In this document: positions 52,393-64,000 of the stretch, one piece after another
Layout of the letters: every line of letters begins with the position of its first letter
Numbering within the stretch: the stretch's first letter is position 1
Assembly: GCA_031835245.2 (NCBI GenBank)
Contig: JAVKOQ020000116.1
Location: 62,001-126,000, forward strand
Direction of reading: 5' to 3'
DNA: 64,000 nucleotides
From: Balamuthia mandrillaris
Taxonomy: Eukaryota
Position numbers and translations under genes: made by a program
Notes under the pieces: generated by a model
Database searches by the model: none
What the model saw: only the letters and a program-made list of their open reading frames with translations
What the model was told of the DNA's origin: nothing

Positions 52393-53293
52393 AACAAGTT
52401 GTTTGTGAGAAACTAAGTGGAGAGATGATGTCAAACAGTTGGGAGTGAACCCTTCGTTTCTGCAGCGGGGCGCCTCAAAGACTGTCATTCCGAAAGGGGA
52501 GCTCAAGATGTTGGAAAACAACGACGTGATCTCGTTGCTGGAAGGCGAAGTCAGTTTCCGGGTGCTCATCAGCCCGGACGAAGAGGAAGAGGAGGAGCAG
52601 GAACCCCAAACAGAGTTCGACCAGGATGCCACCCAACCCAACATGGACAACTATGACTATTTATTGCTGCAGACGGCGGAGGACCCGGCAGCTGGTGGCG
52701 CACCTCTTCCTGTGTCTCCTGTCAAACGACAGAGGGAGCACTCCTCCCCAAGACCAAAGGTTTTTCTTCTTTCTCCTTGCAAGAATAAGAAAAATTGCTA
52801 AATAGTGTGCTATATTGCAGAAAGGAGGAGCAAATAAGAGAGCTAGAATAGCTCCCAAGCGGCTTGCTTTGGAGGACTCTCAGGACTCCCAAAACTCTGA
52901 GAACTCCTCGGAAAACTTTTCAGGACTTAAAGGTTTGAAGTTTGCTTATCTCATCTCTCTCTCTCTCTCTCTCTCTCTCTTGCTCTCTTTCTCTTTCTCG
53001 CTCTCTTGTTACTTCTATTCTCTCGGCTGTGCTGCTCTTTTTGTTGTTATTCTTAGAGTGAGGTTGCTTTAGGAATGGAAATTGATCCAGGCGAGTTAAA
53101 GATTATGAACAAAGTTGGTGTCGGTAGCTGCGGCGAAGTTTACGAGGCCCTATGGAAGGGCACACGTGTGGCCGTAAAGAAGATCTTCCGAACCCTTATT
53201 CACTCTGATTCTTTCAACGAGTTCAAGGCGGAGGCCCTAATACTTCGAAATCTTAGGCACCCCAATGTTGGTTGGTTGATGTACCACGCTCTG

Positions 53294-53324
<31 letters not shown>

Positions 53325-55467
53325 CCTTTTCTCTCTCTTCTACTGAGCGTAACTGATGATGCTGGAATTCTCAAGTTCTGTTCATGGGAACTTGCACTCG
53401 ACGTGACGAGATGAGCATCATCACTGAGTTCATGTCAAGGGGCAACTTGCGTGATGTTCTTAACGACGAAAGCGTAGACCTGAGCTGGGAGCTTATCCTA
53501 AAAATCGTATACCCCCCCCCCTCTCCTTTTTTTTCTCTAAGAGAAACCAATCTCCAACTTCTTCAAAATGAACAATTACGGATATCAGGCGTCTGATGCT
53601 GCTCAAGGCATGAACTATCTGCATACCTATCAACCACCCATCATACACAGGGACTTAAAGTCACACAATTTATTGGTGGACGAGAACTACAACGTGAAAG
53701 TAACTGATTTTGGGCTGGCCAAAAGCATGACCAACGACAAAGCAATGACATTCTGTGGGACCATGCCTTGGACGGCGCCCGAAATTTTTTCCAACGCAGG
53801 CTACACCACCAAAGCTGATGTATATAGCTACGGTATTGTCCTCTGGGAGCTGTTCACTCGTGAGGAACCCTACAAGGACATGCACAAACCGCAGATCATT
53901 ATCGGAGTGAGCAAAGATGGGCTGCGGCCTGTCATACCGACGGCTTGTCCTCCACAGTTAGCGGAGCTAATGCGGGACTGCTGGAAGGAAGATCCAGCAC
54001 AACGGCCCTCCTTCTCTGAGATCCTAGAACGGCTTCGCACGATGCAGCCGCCTCCTCCTGCCTTCAAGCACACCTTTTCTACTTCTGATCTAAACCCTCT
54101 TACACTTACCGAAAGCTTCAAGCATGCTACCACGCGCGAGGTTGCTCTAATGCATACTTGGCAAATTGAAGGGTCAGAGTTGGAGTTTGGAGTGGAAGTG
54201 GGACAAGGAGCCTCTTCCCACGTATTTAAAGGAAAGTATAGAGGACAGGATGTAGCCATCAAGGTCCTCAAGGAGCGAGTTGATGGGAAGCACCTCGAGG
54301 AGTTCAAGAAGGAATTTGCAATCATGAGGTGCTCACACCCTTTTTGCTCAAAAACACTCTCCTTCCTTTTTTCCCGATGGCTAATTTTTTATTACCGTCT
54401 CAGTGATATGCGTAGTCCACGTGTTGTGTTCTTTTATGGAGCTGTTACACACCCGCATCTCGCCATTGTGACAGAATTCTTCTCTAAAGGCAGCCTTTAC
54501 GATGTAATGTGCAATTCTAACCTCAACTTTGACTGGCGTTTGCTGCTTCGGTTAAGTATAGAAGCGGCCAAGTCCTTGAATGCTCTCCACTGTTGGAGAC
54601 CGCAAATTCTCCACCGAGACTTGAAGGTAAATCTCTCTCTATGGTTTATCGTCTCTTCTTCTTCTGTGCATGAAATAACACGTTAAAACTTGACTTGCCT
54701 TGCGTTTTTCTGTCTCTTTCTCAGAGTCCCAATTTGCTGGTGGACAGCAATTGGAACGTGAAGATAGCTGACTTTGGTCTCTCTCGTTTCAAAACGCAAG
54801 CCAACGAGGCATCGTTGGCACAGCTCAAAGGTACTTATGCTTACACCGCACCGGAAACCTACTTAGGAGCAACCTACACTCCTAAGAGTGATGTATACAG
54901 TTTTGGCAAGTATTCCTTGCTCTCTCTCTCTCTCTCTCTCTCCTGACTTGTTCGCAAGAATGACCAAATGTCGTTTCTATAGGCATCGTCTTATGGGAGT
55001 TGGTAATGAGGAAGTTAACAGGGAATTATCAACGCCCTTTTTCTGAGTACAAGAACCTCAAGTTCGACTTCCAGATCATTGTACAGACAGCAAAGAAGGG
55101 TCTTCGGCCCACCCTCCCTTCTTCTTGCCCTCCACACTGGGCCGAACTTATCCAACGTTGTTGGGATGTACAGGAAGATAAACGGCCAACAATGGCAGAA
55201 GTAGTGGAGAACCTAAAGGCTATAAAGAAATTGTACAAGCCACAAGATGAAGAACAACTGCAAGACATTAAAACAAAGCTACACGAAGACCACTCCTCTA
55301 CCACAACATCAAGTGAAGAAGGGCCGAGCACCACTACTGCCACCAGTTCAAAAAAGCAAAAAGAAAAAGAAACAGAAATAGAAACAGAAACGGAGACAAG
55401 CGCCCTTTCTTCCACTCCAACTGCGATGCAAGAACCAAACTCGCAAGAAGTACTAGTCAAAGAATGA
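52142..55467 (+). CDS. FHA domain (PNKP/aprataxin-type) fused to two tandem TKL-group protein kinase domains, spliced
   Basis: LGRSPKFGITDRRVSRKHA...LGVNPSF. Kinase 1: GVGSCG, VAVK, HRDLKSHN, DFG, TAPE. Kinase 2: GQGASS, VAIK, HRDLKSPN, DFG, TAPE. Confidence 0.85.
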
Positions 55468-55562
55468 TACCATGAAGCAAAACACAAATGGGCGAATCCT
55501 CTCAAATAATTTTATTTATTTTGTAGTTGCAGAGCTCAACGTTTGTGCAATCTTTGTGTTTC

Positions 55563-55749
55563 TCAGTCGGAAGACGCCTCCCCTTCTTCCTCCAGCATGG
55601 AAACTACCTCTTCCATGGTGGGGCGGTCCTTGGCATCAAACTGCCAACAAGCTTCCATGATGTCACGCAGCACTTCTGGAATGTTTTCTGGTATCTTAGG
55701 CGTCGCTGTTGTTCAGATGCAAAAAAAAAAAATGAGAAAACTCTAAATG

Positions 55750-55782
<33 letters not shown>

Positions 55783-58232
55783 CAAACGAACATCCTTTGG
55801 TGACTTGGAGAGCGACTTGAACAGGAGTGAGGCCAGGATAAGGTTCCTCTCCAAAGTTGGCAATCTCCCACAACACCACCCCATAACTCCACACATCCGA
55901 CTTGTGGGAATACGTTCGACTGGAAATGCTTTCTGGTGCCATCCTGTTCGTTCCAACACCCCCACCAACGCAGTCAGTTCTTCATGCCCGTGAATACAAT
56001 ACCATCCATGAAGGAGGGAGATGGGAGGCAAATAACAACAACATCACCATTTCAACGGTCCAACTTCAGAGGCAGTGGTTTGTTCTTCCGCTTGTGGATC
56101 TTTCTTCAGGCGAGACAATCCAAAGTCTGCCACAACATGCATGCATGGAAAAAAACACATTTCTGATGAGAAAGGAATGGGAAGGGGAAGGATTGCACTC
56201 TCGCTCTTTACGTACCGCTGATTTTGAGGGTGAGATTGTTGGCCAACAACAAGTTGCGAGCGGAGAGATCGCGATGGGTGATGCCCTCCGAGTGGAGATG
56301 GGACAAGCCCACCGCAATCTCCTTGGCCATCTTGAGCATCATCTGGTGGTCCACCATGGATTGCCCTTCCGAGGACATCAGGAAGTGGCGCAGATCCCCA
56401 CGCCCCATGAACTCCGTGACCACGTAGTGATTGGCTGACTCGTCCTCACAAATGCCCAAGAGGAGCAGCACATTGCCATGGGGACGCAAGTTCCTGTTGG
56501 TTTTGCGGTTACAAATGATGAAGGTGTGGACATAAGAGCAACGTACTGCATGATTTCGATTTCGCTTCGCATTTGTTCCAGTTCCTCATTGTGCTCTGCC
56601 AAAATCTGAGAAAAGAATCCAATGAGAGGAACAAACTTTTAAATTAAAAAGAAGTAAGGTGATGAGAACCTGCTTGATGGCAACAGACGTTCCTCTCCAT
56701 TCACCTTTGCGCACCAAACCAAACGCTCTGCAAACCAAATTGGTGTCATCATCTTCTTGAAGTGCAATATAGAACAGAGAGAAACATGCAGACTCACCCT
56801 CTACCGATCTCCTCACCGAAGGTCAGCTCTGAAAACTCGATGTTCCAGTTGAACGCTCCTTTGCCTTTGCCACCTGCCTTGGAGGGCTTGGAATTCTTGC
56901 TTTTCACCGGGGAGGCCCCATACGTGTCTCTCGCCCCATCCTCCAGGTCCTCTTTGGTGGCTGCCAGCCTCTTTTTCTTCCCATTTCGCCACACCAGGAA
57001 GGCCACGATGAGCACGATGGCCAGCAGGAGCAGGATGCCCAGAGGAAGCCCGATCCCCAGCCCCAAAGCCAACGATTCCTGGCTGTCCTCGCCGCTGGCA
57101 TCGCGGGCCAGAGAGTCGCTGCCACTCAGCGGAGGAGCCACGGTGAAGGTGGTGGTGCATTGTTGCACAATCCCGGCTTCATCCTCCACTTGGAGAACCA
57201 CGGAGTGCTCTCCCGGTTCCATCATGGCGTCGCTGGCGGGGGTTTGAGTGACGAGGACGGAATAGCAGCCACCGGAGTACTGCAACGTGGAGGTGAAATC
57301 GGGCAAGGCCACATCTCCCTCGGATTCCATCGTCTGGGCAGGGCTGCATTGGGTGATTTCCAACCGGGCCGGGCCAAGGTAACCCAGGCAACCTGTTTGA
57401 TAGCAAGCCGTTAACACCAATCATTTGAGTTAGAAAGCAGCTTACCTGTCATAGAGTAAGTTAGAGCGTTTCCCATCAGCTCTGCTCCTTGTGTTGAACT
57501 ATTCCAGAAGAGAAAGGCCATAGCGGGCTCCAGGTCACTAGAGGTGGTCATGAAACCTAAATCCACTCGTTTTGCCTTGGCGGGGCCGAGGTCATCCCTG
57601 ACGGCCACCAGCACTGTGCCGTCGTCCCATTCAGCAGTGACGTAGGAGCCCTCTGCCATGGCTTCTGTGTTGTTTCTCGTAATGCTTGTCCTCCAGCTGA
57701 ATGGAAAGCCATCGAAGGAGGTGATGTTGGCAACCGTGGGATGGTCAGGCATGAGGATGTCGCCCAAATACGCCTGACCGGTTTTCTGGTCCGCAAAGTC
57801 GGGGAGGATAACAGCGTACTCGTCCATGAACGCAGGCCCAGGAACATACTCAGGCAGATAGGCGCACCATGTCATGACTACTCCACCTCCCTGTTCCACA
57901 AAATCTGCAAGCAGTAGCCCAAACTCTTCAGAAAAGGCTTCCTCCGGCGGTGGCGTTTCCAAAGGAGTGAAGGCCACCAAAATTGCATCGTAGGAGAAAA
58001 CGACCTCCCGAGGAGGCACCACAGCTGCCAACATGACTGCGTCCACTATCTCGAACTTGTTCAAACTTTCCAACTTTGGTTGGATATCTGGTTTGCATGG
58101 AAAACAATTCCACGTTACGATAAGCACTCTCTGGCCATTAGCACCGCTGCTGGCAATCAGCAGAAGAAAGAGCACTGTGCCCGAGAGCAAGAGAAACGTT
58201 CCAACGGGGCCTTTTGGAGAAGTAGCCATCAT
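55563..58232 (-). CDS. Receptor tyrosine-kinase-like protein: signal peptide, ectodomain, HYR-like module, TM, kinase; spliced
   Basis: Signal [95 protein letters not shown]; ends EEGEASSD. Confidence 0.88.
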
Positions 58233-58715
58233 GTTTGACAAGGTACCTATGGTTGACTCCAAGAGAAGAAGCAAAAACGCGTTAATAACTAAAGATTTTC
58301 TCGTGGCTGTTCGCTCCCCGCAACAAAAAACTGGCGATGAATCCAATTTGAAATTTGTTTGTTCAAATTACTGGTTTGTTAAGGTTAGCAGCAGGCGGAA
58401 CCGAAAAGAAAGTAAATGCACAGCTTCAAGTCAGAATTAAGAGGTGCACCATTGGTGCTGGCCAGCATTAAGCACTGCACGATTGGTGCAAGCTCTTAAT
58501 CCAGCTCCTACCCTGTTGACCGCAATTCATGTTAATGACGACAGAAGAGGACCCATTGGTGGTTTTTTTTGGGGAGCCCAATGAATGAATGAATGAACGC
58601 TTTTTAAAATTCTGGCGAAAACGAGGCCACTTGCTTGCATACACCCACCCTCTTTCTTCGTCTTACCTTTTCTCATTTTCCAGGCGTCACACGGGACATT
58701 AACAGAACTGACGCG

Positions 58716-63010
<4,295 letters not shown>

Positions 63011-63225
63011 AAGCTGGCTTCGGGCGTTTAGGTCTGCATGTTTTCTCGTCGAACGTTCGGGCCTGCATGTTTTCTTGCACACCACAAAACCTGTTAACAG
63101 AGCGGGACGCTAAAACAAATAATACCTTGCAAAACTCTATCAAAGAAAAACGAGCTACTGCCGTGCAGCAGCGGACAAAAAGGTTTTATGGGTTGAGTTT
63201 ATCGTTACAATCCGCCTTGTATTTC

Positions 63226-63411
63226 TCAGTCAGAAGATGCCTCCCCTTCTTCCTCCAGCATGGCCACCACTTCCTCCATGGTGGGGCGGTCCTTGGGATC
63301 AAACTGCCAACAAGCTTTCATTATGTCACGCAGCACTTCTGGAATGTTTTCTGGCATCTCTGGTGTGGCTGCACCCCGCAAAATGATTGGTGAGAAAAAT
63401 AAACGCTGCAA

Positions 63412-63461
<50 letters not shown>

Positions 63462-64000
63462 CAAACGAACATCCTTTGGTGACTTGGAGAGCGACTTGAA
63501 CAGGAGTGAGGCCAGGATAAGGTTCCTCTCCAAAGTTGGCAATCTCCCACAACACCACCCCATAACTCCACACATCCGACTTGTGGGAATACGTTCGACT
63601 GGAAATGCTTTCTGGTGCCATCCTGTTCGTTCCAACACCCCCACCAACGCAGTCAGTTCTTCATGCCCGTGAATACAATACCATCCATGAAGGAGGGAGA
63701 TGGGAGGCAAATAACAACAACATCACCATTTCAACGGTCCAACTTCAGAGGCAGTGGTTTGTTCTTCCGCTTGTGGATCTTTCTTCAGGCGAGACAATCC
63801 AAAGTCTGCCACAACATGCATGCATGGAAAAAACACATTTCTGATGAGAAAGGAATGGGAAGGGGAAGGATTGCACTCTCGCTCTTGACGTACCGCTGAT
63901 CTTGAGGGTGAGATTGTTGGCCAACAACAAGTTGCGAGCGGAGAGATCGCGATGGGTGATGCCCTCCGAGTGGAGATGGGACAAGCCCACCGCAATCTCC
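63226..64000 (-). CDS. 3' exons of another receptor tyrosine-kinase-like paralog (5' part outside window)
   Basis: [30 protein letters not shown], ends EEGEASSD; nearly identical to 55780-56322 including introns. Confidence 0.85.

Overview
Gene-dense, intron-rich eukaryotic nuclear DNA with short introns often filled with (CT)n/(GA)n/(CTT)n microsatellites and very short intergenic gaps. The gene content (histidine kinase, Frizzled-like GPCR, expanded receptor tyrosine-kinase-like family, SelO selenoprotein) suggests an amoebozoan protist; this is inference. About 25 protein-coding genes plus one kinase pseudogene can be reconstructed. They include a WH2 actin-binding protein, TRAPPC4, nucleoside hydrolase, TFIIF-beta, Hsp101/ClpB, acyl-CoA oxidase, PAS histidine kinase, F-box, CDP-alcohol transferase, Fic, bZIP, succinyl-CoA ligase beta, GINS Psf3, a CBM-GH13, SelO, rhodanese-DUSP, Frizzled-like GPCR, METTL5, an FHA-tandem kinase and a receptor-kinase cluster. 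The top observations are: (1) a ~2140-aa, almost intronless fusion of vWA + nucleotidyltransferase with inserted RanBP2 zinc finger + 4 repeats + alkylpurine-glycosylase-like domain + family-1 uracil-DNA glycosylase; (2) an Hsp101/ClpB disaggregase with an apparent signal peptide and an ERSE-like plus HSE-like promoter; (3) a SelO ending C-V-T-U(TGA)-S-S whose SECIS appears interrupted by a 72-nt hairpin or possible intron; (4) a histidine kinase with no receiver domain. All domain calls are from motif recognition by eye and exon boundaries are manual; no searches were run.
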